Shown here in pieces: positions 20,737-31,152 of a stretch of DNA of 64,000 bases. Each line of letters opens with the position of its first letter. Positions within the stretch are counted from its first letter, which is position 1. A model generated the notes under the pieces. It saw only the letters and a list, made by a program, of their open reading frames with translations. It did no database searches and was not told the DNA's origin. The DNA comes from Alphaproteobacteria bacterium (GTDB lineage Bacteria; Pseudomonadota; Alphaproteobacteria; G965222575), in contig OZ244958.1 of assembly GCA_965222575.1 (NCBI GenBank), forward strand, positions 640,001 to 704,000, written 5' to 3'. A program made the position numbers and the translations under genes.

Positions 20737-22115
20737 AGATGCGATACGATGTAGTGGTGATAGGGAGTGGTCCAGCGGGATATATGGGGGCTATAAGAGC
20801 TGGGCAATTGGGTCTTCGGGTGGCGTGCGTTGAAAAGGAAGAGACCTTGGGAGGCACTTGTTTGAATGTGGGGTGTATACCGTCTAAGGCGTTATTGACC
20901 TCGACGCATTTCTATGATGAGGTTATACGTCATGGGGGAGTGCATGGGCTAATGATGGAGGGGAGCGTAGACCTTAAGAAGATGTTGTCTCGTAAGGATG
21001 CTGTGGTGAAGTCTTTGACGGAGGGGATTGCGTTTTTATTTAGAAAGTACAAGGTAGAGAGGTTGAGAGGGGTAGGGACTCTGTTAGATGCTGAGACTGT
21101 TCGGGTTACGGGAGAGAAGACAATCCGTGTAGAAGCGGATACTATTATACTTGCCACGGGTTCTGAGTCCGTGTCTTTGCCGTTTTTGCGGTGTGATGAA
21201 AAGGCAGTGGTGTCTTCTACTGGGGCATTATCTTTTCGCAAGGTTCCAAAGTCTCTAGCGGTTGTGGGTGGAGGGTATATAGGTCTTGAGCTTGGTACTG
21301 TGTGGGCACGTCTTGGGTCTGAGGTGACGGTGATAGAAGCCCTAGACGGGATTATGATGGGGGTAGACAGGGATATAGCCCAACAGATGCAGGTATTGAT
21401 GGAGAAGCAGTGGGGTGTGAATTTTCGTTTATCGACCAAGATTACGGGGGGAAGGGTATCAAAGGGCAAGGTATTGTTATCGTTAGGGAAGGAAGAGTTG
21501 CGTGTAGAGAAGGCGTTGATAGCGATTGGTCGGCGTCCTGTGACGGCGGGTTTGGGTTTAGAGGCTGTTGGGATAGCCTGTGATGAGGGGGGGTATGTGA
21601 AGACGGATGCTTGGTACCGGACTTCTTGTCCTAACATTTATGCAGTGGGGGATGTTCAGGGCGGACTTTTGTTAGCGCATAAAGGAGAGCATCAAGCCAT
21701 AGCGGCTGTTGAACATTGCGCTGGTTTATCTGTGGAGGGTGTAGGAGACAATATTCCTTGGGTTGTGTATACATGGCCTGAGGTTGCGGGTGTTGGGTTG
21801 GGAGAGGAGATATTGAAGGAGAAGAAGGTTCCCTATAGGGTGGGAAAATTTCCCTTTATGGCTAATGCGCGAGCGCGAGCGAGCGGTCAGGGCATGGGGT
21901 ATGTGAAGCTTTTAGTGCATGGGGAAACGGAGGCGTTATTGGGGTGTCAAATTATAGGTCCTGAGGCGGGGGGTCTTATTCATGAAGTGGTGGTAGCACG
22001 TGCGGCTGGTATGAGTGTTTCGGCGTTTTCCCGTGTTTGCAGGGCGCATCCTACCTTAAATGAAGCCCTTAAGGAAGCGGCATTGGCGGCACAGGGGTGG
22101 ACATTGAATTTGTAG
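20733..22115 (+). CDS. lpdA: Dihydrolipoamide dehydrogenase
   Basis: [31 protein letters not shown]. Confidence 0.97.
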   Translation: MKMRYDVVVIGSGPAGYMGAIRAGQLGLRVACVEKEETLGGTCLNVGCIPSKALLTSTHFYDEVIRHGGVHGLMMEGSVDLKKMLSRKDAVVKSLTEGIAFLFRKYKVERLRGVGTLLDAETVRVTGEKTIRVEADTIILATGSESVSLPFLRCDEKAVVSSTGALSFRKVPKSLAVVGGGYIGLELGTVWARLGSEVTVIEALDGIMMGVDRDIAQQMQVLMEKQWGVNFRLSTKITGGRVSKGKVLLSLGKEELRVEKALIAIGRRPVTAGLGLEAVGIACDEGGYVKTDAWYRTSCPNIYAVGDVQGGLLLAHKGEHQAIAAVEHCAGLSVEGVGDNIPWVVYTWPEVAGVGLGEEILKEKKVPYRVGKFPFMANARARASGQGMGYVKLLVHGETEALLGCQIIGPEAGGLIHEVVVARAAGMSVSAFSRVCRAHPTLNEALKEAALAAQGWTLNL

Positions 22116-22119
22116 CGGT

Positions 22120-22329
22120 ATGACTTTTGTTACGGTCTGTCTCAATGGAGAGCAAAGGAGGCTTGAAAGGGGCATGACGGTAGAAGGATTGTTAAAAAGC
22201 CTTAAAGTAGAGAGCGCCCTGGTGGCTTTAGCCTGTAATGGATGTGTTGTGCCTCGTTCTACATGGTCTCGGGTGACCATAAAGGAAGGGGATACCTTAG
22301 AAGTGATTCACTTTATTGGAGGAGGGTAG
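22120..22329 (+). CDS. thiS: Sulfur carrier protein ThiS
   Basis: Ubiquitin-like size, C-terminal GD.LE.IHFIGGG; upstream of thiG. Confidence 0.93.
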   Translation: MTFVTVCLNGEQRRLERGMTVEGLLKSLKVESALVALACNGCVVPRSTWSRVTIKEGDTLEVIHFIGGG

Positions 22330-22331
22330 TC

Positions 22332-23099
22332 ATGGATTCTCTGGTGATTGGGTCTTATACAATTGGGTCACGATTGATAATGGGGACGGGCAGGTTTCAG
22401 GATTATGCGGTGACGGCTAAGGCTTTAGTGGCTTCTGGGGCTAGGGCTGTGACTGTGGCTGTTAGGCGGATGAATTTAAGCCATGACAATGGGCCGACAT
22501 TAACGGATTATATTTGTCCACGTACCTATCGTTATGTGCCTAATACAGCAGGCTGTTATACGGCAGATGAAGCGGTGAAAACGCTGTGTTTGGCAAGAGA
22601 GGCGGGGGGATGGACGTTGGTGAAGCTAGAAGTGATAGGAGACAAAAAAACCCTCTATCCTAATATGCAGGAAACCTTCAAGGCTGTGCGGGTGCTGATA
22701 AAAGAAGGATTTGAAGTCATGGTGTATTGTAATGATGACCCTGTAGCGGCTTGCGCTTTAGAAGAGATGGGCTGTGTAGCGATTATGCCTATGGGAGCCC
22801 CTATTGGGTCTGGATTGGGGATACGAAATCCACTGATGATAGGATTGATAAAAGCTTCTGTCAAGGTTCCCGTACTGATAGATGCGGGGTTGGGGACAGC
22901 TTCTGATGCGGTTGTTTCTATGGAGCTTGGGTGCGATGGCGTGATTTGTAATACTGCTATTGCCCAGGCTAGTAATCCTGTTGTCATGGCAAAGGCTATG
23001 GCGCGGGGGGTGGAAGCTGGTCGTTTGGCTTATTTAGCGGGGCGTATGAAAAAGACTCTTGCCTCTCCTTCTTCTCCTTTGAGGGGGCTTGTTGAATAA
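22332..23099 (+). CDS. thiG: Thiazole synthase
   Basis: [36 protein letters not shown]. Confidence 0.96.
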   Translation: MDSLVIGSYTIGSRLIMGTGRFQDYAVTAKALVASGARAVTVAVRRMNLSHDNGPTLTDYICPRTYRYVPNTAGCYTADEAVKTLCLAREAGGWTLVKLEVIGDKKTLYPNMQETFKAVRVLIKEGFEVMVYCNDDPVAACALEEMGCVAIMPMGAPIGSGLGIRNPLMIGLIKASVKVPVLIDAGLGTASDAVVSMELGCDGVICNTAIAQASNPVVMAKAMARGVEAGRLAYLAGRMKKTLASPSSPLRGLVE

Positions 23100-23117
23100 A
23101 GAAGAGGGTGCGTGCTT

Positions 23118-24077
23118 TTACAAGACGCCCTTGATTTCTTGTAGCAGTGTTGTAGAGGAAGACTTTTGGGATTGTTTGATATCTTCTTTTATGATGTCCT
23201 CTAGGGTAAGACGTTCTTGTTCTGTGATGACTCCTAAGATGAGGGGCCATTTGAGTTCACTTAAGGCGAAGGCTAGGGTTCTATTTTTGGTATCATGTTG
23301 AGCGATTTTGAAGTGTTTCCAGTTAGAGGCTTTGTCTATGGGGATAGGGGTGAGTTGTCCGTTGTGGAAGCGCAAGCCGAAGGGTTGGTTATCAGAGGAG
23401 AAGAGGAGGGGTTTGCCGTGTTCTAGGAAGAGGGTTTCCATTTTTGCAGGGGGTCGGTTGTTAAAGACGATACAGTTTTGTAGGATTTCTACTACGGCGA
23501 ATCCGCGGTGTTTTTGAGCGGCTTTGAGGGTTTGCATCAGGTGTTCTTGAGCGGTATCGACGCTACGTGCGAAGAAGGCGGCTTGGCTTCCTAAGCTGAG
23601 TGCTAGAGGGCTTAGAGGGGTTGTGCGTTGTCCATAGGGAGAGGAGGGGGTTTTCAGTCCTAGGGGGGCGGTGGCTGAGGCTTGTCCTTTGGTGAGGCCG
23701 TAGACGCCATTGTTAAAGAGTAGGAATGTCAAGGTTGGGTTTTTGCGTATAGTGTGTATAAAGTGGTGAGCGCCAATAGATAAGGCGTCGCCGTCTCCGC
23801 TGATGACCCATACATCGAGTTTAGGGTTTGCTAATTTTGTACCGATGGCTATGGGCAGAGCCCGCCCGTGGAGGGTATGAAACCCGTGGGTTGGCATATA
23901 GTAGGGGAGTCGTGCGGCGCATCCGATACCGGAGATGAAGACTGTGTTATCCACCGGGGCTTGTTGTTCTTTTAGGAGGTTTTGCAAGACCTTGAGGATG
24001 GCGTAATCTCCGCAACCTGGGCACCATCGAATATCTTGTGGGGAGCGATAGAGATTCTTGTCGGGGGTTGTTGTCAT
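23118..24077 (-). CDS. korB: 2-oxoacid:ferredoxin oxidoreductase beta subunit
   Basis: WCPGCG, SGIGC, LHGR, GDGD...NN TPP motif, YGLTKGQ. Confidence 0.92.
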   Translation of the reverse strand: MTTTPDKNLYRSPQDIRWCPGCGDYAILKVLQNLLKEQQAPVDNTVFISGIGCAARLPYYMPTHGFHTLHGRALPIAIGTKLANPKLDVWVISGDGDALSIGAHHFIHTIRKNPTLTFLLFNNGVYGLTKGQASATAPLGLKTPSSPYGQRTTPLSPLALSLGSQAAFFARSVDTAQEHLMQTLKAAQKHRGFAVVEILQNCIVFNNRPPAKMETLFLEHGKPLLFSSDNQPFGLRFHNGQLTPIPIDKASNWKHFKIAQHDTKNRTLAFALSELKWPLILGVITEQERLTLEDIIKEDIKQSQKSSSTTLLQEIKGVL

Positions 24078-25870
24078 GTGATATGGGTGAGGAGGAATTG
24101 TTCTAAGGCTTGTTGGGAGAGGAGGCGTCCATCTGCTTGGGTGTAAGAGATGAGGGGGCGACTTAGGGTGGCTTTGAGGAGGTGTGCTAATTGTCCTTTA
24201 TTCATTTCTGCTATGATGAGTGTGTGGAAGTTTTTGGTAAGGACGTGGAGGTTAGGGGCTAAGGGGGAAAGCCACTCTAGGCATAGGTGAGCGATGTCAT
24301 GGTCTTTTGTTCTGAGATTGAGAGTTGCTTCTTGGCAAATACCAAATCCTGAGCCCCAACTGATGAGGAGTGTTGAGTTTTCTGTTGAGCCGGCGGCTAA
24401 GGTTGCTGGCTTGATGGTTTTGGCGATGAGGCAAAGTTTATCGGCGCGTTTTTTATTCATGAGGGCGTGATTTTTCGGGTCTGAAGACACAGCGGTTGTG
24501 TTGATATCCTGTTCTAGTCCTCCTATTATGTAGGGTGCGGAGTTTTTGGTCCCGGGCAAGCGGTGGTAGGACTTAAGGGGGAGGGAAAAAGAGGGGAGTG
24601 TTGCGGGGGGCGTCCAGGGGTAAGAGGCGTGGCAAGTGTAGGAATCTGTGAGTAAAATCACAGGTGTGGAGAAGGTTAAGGCGATGCGTGCGGCTTCGCC
24701 TATTTTATAGAAGCCATCATCTGGGGTTTTCATGGATAAAACGGGCAAAGGGGCGTCGCCGTGTCGACCATAGAGGGCTTGTAGGAGGTCTCCTTGTGCT
24801 GTTTTGGTTGGCATACCTGTGGAGGGGCCGGGACGTTGGGCGTTGATGACGATAAGGGGGATGTCTGCCATGAGTGCAAAGCCTAAGGCTTCTGTTTTCA
24901 AGGACATGCCCGGTCCGGCGCTAGCGGTGACCCCTAGTCCACCGGCATAGGAGCATCCTATGGCGGTGCAGATAGCGGCAATTTCGTCTTCTGCCTGAAG
25001 AGTTGTGACGCCGTAGTGTTGGTAACGACTTAATTGGTGAAGGAGCAACGAAGCGGGCGTGATGGGGTAAGAGCAAAAAATAACGGATTTTTTGAGTTCT
25101 TGCCTAAGGGCGCATAGTCCTAAGGAGAGAGCCTCTGCGCCGGTAATCTGACGTGTGGCGCGGTTTTTTTTGCCTTTCTTCAGAGGAGGAATATCTGAGA
25201 GTAGTGGCAATTCACTCACCTCAAAAAAGGCTGCCCCTGCTGTTAGTGCGCGCAAATTGTTGCGGTACAAGGAAGTTGAGGGCGGAAACTTTTTCTCAAG
25301 ATGGGCTTTTGCATCCTTCAATGAGTGATGACAGGCACTAAGCAAAAACCCTAGAATCCAAAAATTTCGGCACGTTAAAGCCTGAGAACGCGATACCTTA
25401 AAAGACGAAAGTGCATTGAGAGTGTGATGGGTGATGTCTAGCTCTATGGTCTGCATGGCGTTAAGACATCCGTCTTTTCTTGGGTCGGCGTGAAATCCTG
25501 CTTTTTCTATCTGACGCGGCGTAAACTGCCCGGTATCAAGCACTACAAGCCCCTCCTTTTTGATGGCTTTTAAGCCTTCTTTGAGACCGGCTGGATTGAA
25601 CGCTACGAGGATATCTACCTCTTCTCCGGGGGTGTGAATCGTTTCTACACTCATATGCACTTGAAAAGAAGAAACCCCATGAGGACTGCCGCGCGGCGCC
25701 CGTATCTCTGCCGGAAAACTTGGAAAGGTTGAAACAAAATACCCTCCCTTAGCACAGTGAGAGGTGAAATGATGCCCTAGTAACTGAATGCCATCTCCGC
25801 TGTCCCCGCAAAACAGTATGACAGAGTCTGTCCTATCCGTAGTAGTAGAAGAAAGAGGTGTTGAAGACAT
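24074..25870 (-). CDS. korA: 2-oxoacid:ferredoxin oxidoreductase alpha (gamma-alpha fusion) subunit
   Basis: GDSGDG, PAEIRAP, YPITP, QAEDEIAA, QRPGPSTGMPT, EMNKGQL. Confidence 0.92.
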   Translation of the reverse strand: MSSTPLSSTTTDRTDSVILFCGDSGDGIQLLGHHFTSHCAKGGYFVSTFPSFPAEIRAPRGSPHGVSSFQVHMSVETIHTPGEEVDILVAFNPAGLKEGLKAIKKEGLVVLDTGQFTPRQIEKAGFHADPRKDGCLNAMQTIELDITHHTLNALSSFKVSRSQALTCRNFWILGFLLSACHHSLKDAKAHLEKKFPPSTSLYRNNLRALTAGAAFFEVSELPLLSDIPPLKKGKKNRATRQITGAEALSLGLCALRQELKKSVIFCSYPITPASLLLHQLSRYQHYGVTTLQAEDEIAAICTAIGCSYAGGLGVTASAGPGMSLKTEALGFALMADIPLIVINAQRPGPSTGMPTKTAQGDLLQALYGRHGDAPLPVLSMKTPDDGFYKIGEAARIALTFSTPVILLTDSYTCHASYPWTPPATLPSFSLPLKSYHRLPGTKNSAPYIIGGLEQDINTTAVSSDPKNHALMNKKRADKLCLIAKTIKPATLAAGSTENSTLLISWGSGFGICQEATLNLRTKDHDIAHLCLEWLSPLAPNLHVLTKNFHTLIIAEMNKGQLAHLLKATLSRPLISYTQADGRLLSQQALEQFLLTHIT

Positions 25871-26016
25871 GTGAAGAGAACAACCTTAAGGGGAAGGCAC
25901 CGGCGGAGACTTCCGGTCATGAATTCCTATCATATCTTGCTTTGAAGAAGATGTATAGACAAAATCCCGTAGAGAATTAAGAGAATCGCAAGCCAAGAAT
26001 TCCTTTTCAATAAGAC

Positions 26017-26045
26017 TTGATACTTGGTGGGTTTTTGTCTACAAT
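26017..26045 (+). promoter_or_regulatory. Sigma70-type promoter for the PL8-like gene
   Basis: TTGATA (26017)-17 nt-TACAAT (26040-26045); predicted +1 near the start codon at 26052. Confidence 0.55.
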
Positions 26046-26051
26046 ACCGGT

Positions 26052-27884
26052 GTGATGCTATATATTTTTAGGACAATCTTGCTAGGAATGGGGTTTTTTT
26101 GGGGTCTCTTCTCCGGGGTGGCCATGGCGATACAAATGCCCTATCAAGCGGTATTTTCTCCTCCTCCTCAGAGTATTGATGATATTGAGGGGCTAGCGAA
26201 ATATCAAGCCATTGAAGGGATTTTCCCTGATAGTTCTTGGATGGAGGTGGGGGCGGTGGATAGTTGGCTTCTGAAGGGGGTGAAATTTTTACCTGACAAT
26301 CTTGGGGAAGTCATTAGCTCTTACCAAAGTGGCTTAGACCCCTCCTTTCTGATAGATGCTTTTCTTGATGGGTATATCTGGCGGATTTTCAGAAGTGATC
26401 CGCTTTGGTCTTTAGAGGGTCACGCGATGAATAGCAAAGTGACACAATATCCTATCTTGTTCGATAGGCGTATACGGGGGGCTTTGAATTTAGAGGATTT
26501 TGTAGAGGGACTTCCCTCTTTTGTCCTTATCAATGGTAGTGCTCTGAGTGCTTTTGCTGTGCATTTGAAGTTGGGAGAACCTGAAATTGAGCAAGGCACA
26601 AAGTATTTTTGGAATGCGCAGCTTTTGGTGCATCGTTCTAAGAATCATTATTTCGGGGTGAGAATGCTCTCCTTGCGTAATCGGTCTATTATTCCAAAAT
26701 CCAGTAGTTATAGCGCTTTTCTAGCACGTGATGGCTCGGCTTTGGTCATGCAAGTCGGCGATGAGTATCAATACATTAAGTCCTTTGTGCCTAAAGTTGC
26801 AAAATTTCCGGGCGTGACAGCAAAGGCTGTCTCTTTGGAGGGACTGTTCTCTTTTCCGACCTCTGATTACCAAGGAAGGAGCCTGTTTGCCGGCGGCGTT
26901 GCAGATGGAAAACGGTTTTCTCATGCGGCCTTCCACTATCACCGCCTCAATCCTAAAGCCTCCCTGAAAGCTAAAAAAGCCTACTTCATGGCAACTTTCA
27001 ATGAAAACCATCATGTCATGGCGTGTTTAGGCAATTCTATTGAAGACCTCGTACCTGAACGCAAAGAAGCCATTTATACCACCTTAAATCAAACCTTATT
27101 GCAAGATGATATCTTCTATATCCAAGGTGGCAAGAAACAGATGATACCAAAAGAAGGATATGGAGACTATGTCTTTGACCTGACAGAACCTGCTTATTTT
27201 ATCCATGGGGGATTAGCGTATGTTGTCATTCCTTTTGAGGAAAAAACACGGGTGGTATTGAAAAAAATTCAGGGCGGACTCAAAGTAGATTTTGCCACTG
27301 ATGATAAAGTCCAAGCGGATATTTTTGAACTTGCTATTGAGCATAAGGTGGTGGGCACAAAGGATAAACCGGCGGGAGGGTATCAATACATGATTGTGAC
27401 GAATGTCTCAAGATACTCTATCCCATGGTTTCTAGAGTCATTGCAAGACCATGTGATTGTGAATAATCAACAAGCCCAAATCATGTTGTTCCTTACAAAG
27501 AATGGCAGTGCTGACCAAGCGGTTTTTCAGGGCACAATTTATGAACCGGGACGTATACAGCTACCCGGTAACCGATTCCTGCAAGTGGACAAACCCGTTG
27601 TCTTCCTCTTGGAAATGGATGGCACCTTAGGGACCAACACGCTTTATGTCTCTGACCCTTACCAAACCATAGACAATACTGTCACCTTTTCTATAGGAGA
27701 TTCCACCACGGGGGAACTCCTGCTCTCCACCACTGTAGATTTTCCGCAAGACTCTTTAATCGGTAAGCCTATTTCCTTCAGATTCCTCTCTGAGCCTGTT
27801 GTCAATCGTAAGTTCTTTATCAAGTATCACCATTTGTTGATAGATCGTAAGCAGCACCACGAAAATCTTCATTATCGTGAATAA
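26052..27884 (+). CDS. Secreted polysaccharide lyase family 8 (chondroitinase AC/hyaluronate lyase)-like protein, N-terminally truncated, catalytic residues replaced
   Basis: Signal peptide (AMA). Lyase_8 motifs FWN...HR....[46 protein letters not shown]. Confidence 0.75.
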   Translation: MMLYIFRTILLGMGFFWGLFSGVAMAIQMPYQAVFSPPPQSIDDIEGLAKYQAIEGIFPDSSWMEVGAVDSWLLKGVKFLPDNLGEVISSYQSGLDPSFLIDAFLDGYIWRIFRSDPLWSLEGHAMNSKVTQYPILFDRRIRGALNLEDFVEGLPSFVLINGSALSAFAVHLKLGEPEIEQGTKYFWNAQLLVHRSKNHYFGVRMLSLRNRSIIPKSSSYSAFLARDGSALVMQVGDEYQYIKSFVPKVAKFPGVTAKAVSLEGLFSFPTSDYQGRSLFAGGVADGKRFSHAAFHYHRLNPKASLKAKKAYFMATFNENHHVMACLGNSIEDLVPERKEAIYTTLNQTLLQDDIFYIQGGKKQMIPKEGYGDYVFDLTEPAYFIHGGLAYVVIPFEEKTRVVLKKIQGGLKVDFATDDKVQADIFELAIEHKVVGTKDKPAGGYQYMIVTNVSRYSIPWFLESLQDHVIVNNQQAQIMLFLTKNGSADQAVFQGTIYEPGRIQLPGNRFLQVDKPVVFLLEMDGTLGTNTLYVSDPYQTIDNTVTFSIGDSTTGELLLSTTVDFPQDSLIGKPISFRFLSEPVVNRKFFIKYHHLLIDRKQHHENLHYRE

Positions 27885-27888
27885 AGTG

Positions 27889-28146
27889 ATGAAAGAGAAA
27901 ATTCACCCTCCTTATCATGAAATTACTGTACAGATGACAGATGGTACGCGGTTTGTTACGCGTTCTACTTATGGGAAGAAAGGGGATGTGTTAAAGTTGG
28001 ATGTGGACCCTACGACTCACCCTGCGTGGACGGGGCAGAAAAAAATGACCCTTACGGATAAAGGGCGCATGGCGCGGTTTAACCGCATGTTTGGGACTCT
28101 TGGGAAAGGGGACATGTTAGAGACCACCAAAGCGGATGATGAGTGA
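27889..28146 (+). CDS. rpmE: 50S ribosomal protein L31 (Cys-free alphaproteobacterial type)
   Basis: [16 protein letters not shown]...TRST...LDVDP.THPAWTG...GR..RFN. Confidence 0.96.
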   Translation: MKEKIHPPYHEITVQMTDGTRFVTRSTYGKKGDVLKLDVDPTTHPAWTGQKKMTLTDKGRMARFNRMFGTLGKGDMLETTKADDE

Positions 28147-28318
28147 TAAAGAGTTTTTATCTCTTCTAGCGTGTCCTAAGACAGGAGGGGCCTTGCGTTA
28201 TGATAAGGAGTTAGGGATGCTGATGAGTGATAAGGGGGAAGTGATGTATCCTGTGGTGGAAGGTGTTCCTATCCTGTTGGTGGAAGAAGCTAAGCCTTTC
28301 AAGGGTAAGAAAAAATAG
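28139..28318 (+). CDS. Trm112/YcaR family protein
   Basis: L.LLACP.T.G.L...[13 protein letters not shown]. Confidence 0.88.
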   Translation: MSDKEFLSLLACPKTGGALRYDKELGMLMSDKGEVMYPVVEGVPILLVEEAKPFKGKKK

Positions 28319-28325
28319 ACCCCCC

Positions 28326-29372
28326 GTGTTTCTTTGGCGTAAGACATGGGAAGTGGTGAGGCCTCTTCTTTTTCGTCTTCCTCCGGAGCAAGCACATAAG
28401 CTAGCCTTAAAGGCGTTGTCTTTGCCTTATAAGGTTTCTCTTCCTGATAATGAGGCGTTACATGTTTCTGTTTTAGGGATGAAGTTTTTGAATCCTTTGG
28501 GTTGTGCGGCGGGGATGGATAAGGATGGGGTTGCGCTCAACGGGCTTACTAGCTTAGGGTTTGGGTTTATTGAGGTAGGCAGTATTACGCCGACTTCTCA
28601 AGCAGGGAATGCGTTGCCGCGCGTGTTTAGGGTAGAGAAGGAACAGGCGTTGGTGAACCGTCTTGGATTTAACTCTCAAGGTCTTGAGGCGGTGGTACCG
28701 CGTCTTAGAGCGTGGCAAGGGCGTTGTCCTCTGTGGGTTAATCTTGGGGTGAATGCTGTGACGGTGGAGAAAACGGAGGATTATCTTGTAGGGTACCAGG
28801 CGGTTATTCCTTATGCCCAGGCACTAGTGTTGAATGTTTCCTCTCCTAATACAAAAGGATTGCGTCTGTATCAGGGGGCAAGAAAGTTGTCAAAACTTCT
28901 TCAAAGAATCAGCAGGATGAGAGAGAAACTAGGGTTTGAACAAGTGCCTTTGGTGTTGAAGATTTCTCCTGATTGGGAGCTAGGGGACTTGGATGAGATG
29001 ATAAAAGTTGTCTTAAGTTTTAACATTGAAGGGATGATTGTGTCGAACTCTACCATGCAAAGGCCGAAAGGAGTAGGGGAGGATTTGGAAGGAGGGTTGT
29101 CAGGGCGGCCTCTTTTTGAGCTTTCCACAATGATTTTGAGGGAAGTGAAAGCGAGGGTAGAAGATCGGTTGATTTTAATAGGGTGCGGAGGGGTTTTTTC
29201 TGCGCAAGACGCATTTGAAAAGATTCTCTCCGGAGCCCATTTGGTACAATTGTACACAGCTTTAGTGTATCAAGGGCCGCGTGTGGTAGAGAAGATTATC
29301 AGGGGGCTTGGAGATATTGCGTTATCTGAAGGACTAAGTTCTCTTACGCAAGCCGTTGGGCGCAAGGTTTAG
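28326..29372 (+). CDS. pyrD: Quinone-dependent dihydroorotate dehydrogenase
   Basis: NPLGCAAGMDK, NRLGFNS, NVSSPNT, LKISPD, GGLSG, QLYT. GTG start inferred; ORF track starts at 28263. Confidence 0.95.
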   Translation: MFLWRKTWEVVRPLLFRLPPEQAHKLALKALSLPYKVSLPDNEALHVSVLGMKFLNPLGCAAGMDKDGVALNGLTSLGFGFIEVGSITPTSQAGNALPRVFRVEKEQALVNRLGFNSQGLEAVVPRLRAWQGRCPLWVNLGVNAVTVEKTEDYLVGYQAVIPYAQALVLNVSSPNTKGLRLYQGARKLSKLLQRISRMREKLGFEQVPLVLKISPDWELGDLDEMIKVVLSFNIEGMIVSNSTMQRPKGVGEDLEGGLSGRPLFELSTMILREVKARVEDRLILIGCGGVFSAQDAFEKILSGAHLVQLYTALVYQGPRVVEKIIRGLGDIALSEGLSSLTQAVGRKV

Positions 29373-30297
29373 TGGTGTGTACCCATCCCTGTCTTGGAAA
29401 AGACAAGGTACGATTGTTGCGGTCTTTTGCCACGACGCCGTTGCCTTCTGTGACAGTGCCGATGGCAGTGAGAGGGATGTTGAGCTGTTGAGAGAGTTTT
29501 GGTATCAGGAGGAGGTGGTGAGGTGGCACGCAAAAGAGCAGTTCATAGTCATCTCCGCCACAGAAGGCGCAAGTGCGTCTTATCTTGGGGGTTAGCAGTG
29601 TCTGTAGTGTCGGTGCAATTGGTAGGGAGGATTCCTGTAAGGTGATGTTGACCTTAGAGCTTTTTGCTATTTGTTCGGCATCTGCTAGGAGGCCGTCTGA
29701 GAGGTCTATGGCGGCGCTAGCGAGGCCTTGTAGTGCTTCTCCTAAGGGTTGGAGTGAGGGCGGGCGGGCGTAGCGCTCATACAAAGCGGCAGGAGGGGGA
29801 GAGGCTTTGGTTTCTATCAGATAGCAATATGCTGCTGCTTCTCCGAGGACACCAGAGACGAAGACTGTATCTCCTGCTTTGGCTGATGAGCGTAAGAGGG
29901 GTTGCTTGCTGATGACGCCGAAGACGGTGATGGTGATAGAGGTCTTGCCGGGCGTACAGGTTGTGTCTCCGCCGAAGAGCTTCAGGGACAAAGCCTTTTG
30001 TGTTTTTTTAAGACCTGTTGCGAAATCTGCGATCCATTTTTCTTCATATGTCTTGGGAAAACTCAAGGCGAGAGTATAGCCTACTCCGCTGCTACCGCAG
30101 GCGTACAGGTCGCTTGCTGCAATCCGCAAAGTACGGGCGGCAATGTCACAAGCTGGCATGGAAGGAAAAAAATGGACGCCTTCAATGGAGGTATCTGTGG
30201 AAATGCTCACCTTCTCCCATATCCCACAATCATCGCCCTTGACATCAGAAGAAGACAGAGGCAAAAAATACTTGTTTATCAGTTCAAACTCATTCAC
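29344..30297 (-). CDS. thiL: Thiamine-monophosphate kinase
   Basis: EFELI..YF, GDD, EGVHF, GGDT, DLSDGL, GGDDYEL. Confidence 0.95.
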   Translation of the reverse strand: MNEFELINKYFLPLSSSDVKGDDCGIWEKVSISTDTSIEGVHFFPSMPACDIAARTLRIAASDLYACGSSGVGYTLALSFPKTYEEKWIADFATGLKKTQKALSLKLFGGDTTCTPGKTSITITVFGVISKQPLLRSSAKAGDTVFVSGVLGEAAAYCYLIETKASPPPAALYERYARPPSLQPLGEALQGLASAAIDLSDGLLADAEQIAKSSKVNITLQESSLPIAPTLQTLLTPKIRRTCAFCGGDDYELLFCVPPHHLLLIPKLSQQLNIPLTAIGTVTEGNGVVAKDRNNRTLSFPRQGWVHTTKPCAQRLA

Positions 30298-30733
30298 TTT
30301 GCCCTCGAAAAGTCTGACAGGCTTTGTCTAAAACCCCATGGATAAAGCGCCCCTCTGCCCCTGAGAAAAACGCATGATACATATCGAGATATTCACTGAT
30401 AATCACACGAAGAGGAATATCAGGGCTGTGCTTTATTTCAACCATAGCGCAAACTAACAGTGCTTTTAAGAGAACAGAAAGCGAGTCAAAATCCCTATGA
30501 CACAATGTTTTCAAGTCTTTCTCTAAGGTCTTTTGGTTTTTCGTAAGGATGGAAATTAAAGACAGGGCAAAGTGCATTTTTTTGGGATTTGGCTTTCTTT
30601 TGTCCAATAAAAGAGAAATATTCTTCAGTGCCTCTTTTGGCTCTATTTTCGTGAGATAAATTTGATACATAGCCTGAACAGCCGTAAGACGTCCCCAAAA
30701 TCTTGTGTCTTTAGGACCGCTTGTGGTATTCAC
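30290..30733 (-). CDS. nusB: Transcription antitermination factor NusB
   Basis: R..AVQAMYQ, VIISEY, FIHGVLD; ribH-nusB-thiL order. Confidence 0.9.
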   Translation of the reverse strand: MNTTSGPKDTRFWGRLTAVQAMYQIYLTKIEPKEALKNISLLLDKRKPNPKKMHFALSLISILTKNQKTLEKDLKTLCHRDFDSLSVLLKALLVCAMVEIKHSPDIPLRVIISEYLDMYHAFFSGAEGRFIHGVLDKACQTFRGQSE

Positions 30734-31152
30734 AGGGTTTTGATTGTATTTTCTAAGGACAGCATATTTACCAAAGCCAAAGCGCTACTCCGACCCTTTT
30801 GGATTCTTTCTAAGGCTTGTTCTTTATTGTGCACAGTCAAGAAGCAGTTGCACAAAGAGAGCGCATGCTTGATACCAAGAGACATAATGCCTCCTATGCT
30901 TTCCTGGCAGACAATATCGTAATGATCTGTTTCTCCTTTGATGACGCAGCCTATGCAAAGGTAGCCTTTGTAGGTCTGAGGAGGCCTATGCTTGAGAATC
31001 ATGGAAAGGGCTAGAGGAATTTCTAAAGCGCCCGGTACTGGGTAGGTGTCATAGGAGAGGTTGTGGAGATGGAACACTTCTTGTGCTGCTGCTTCAAGAG
31101 CTTTGGCAAGTTCTTTGTAATATTGGGAGGTAAGGACGCAAATATCTGTCAT
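30730..31152 (-). CDS. ribH: Lumazine synthase
   Basis: VPGALEIP, GCVIKGETDHYD. Confidence 0.95.
   Translation of the reverse strand: MTDICVLTSQYYKELAKALEAAAQEVFHLHNLSYDTYPVPGALEIPLALSMILKHRPPQTYKGYLCIGCVIKGETDHYDIVCQESIGGIMSLGIKHALSLCNCFLTVHNKEQALERIQKGRSSALALVNMLSLENTIKTL

Noticed and set aside
20930-21637. Long antisense ORFs (also 38405-39010, 9031-9522, 19770-20237 and others)
   Set aside because: Shadow frames of conserved genes, favoured by the skewed composition; no recognisable motifs.
26700-27850. C-rich 3' half of the PL8-like gene as proof of recent horizontal transfer
   Set aside because: The same left-to-right skew decay occurs in core genes, so composition alone is uninformative; a phylogeny is needed.
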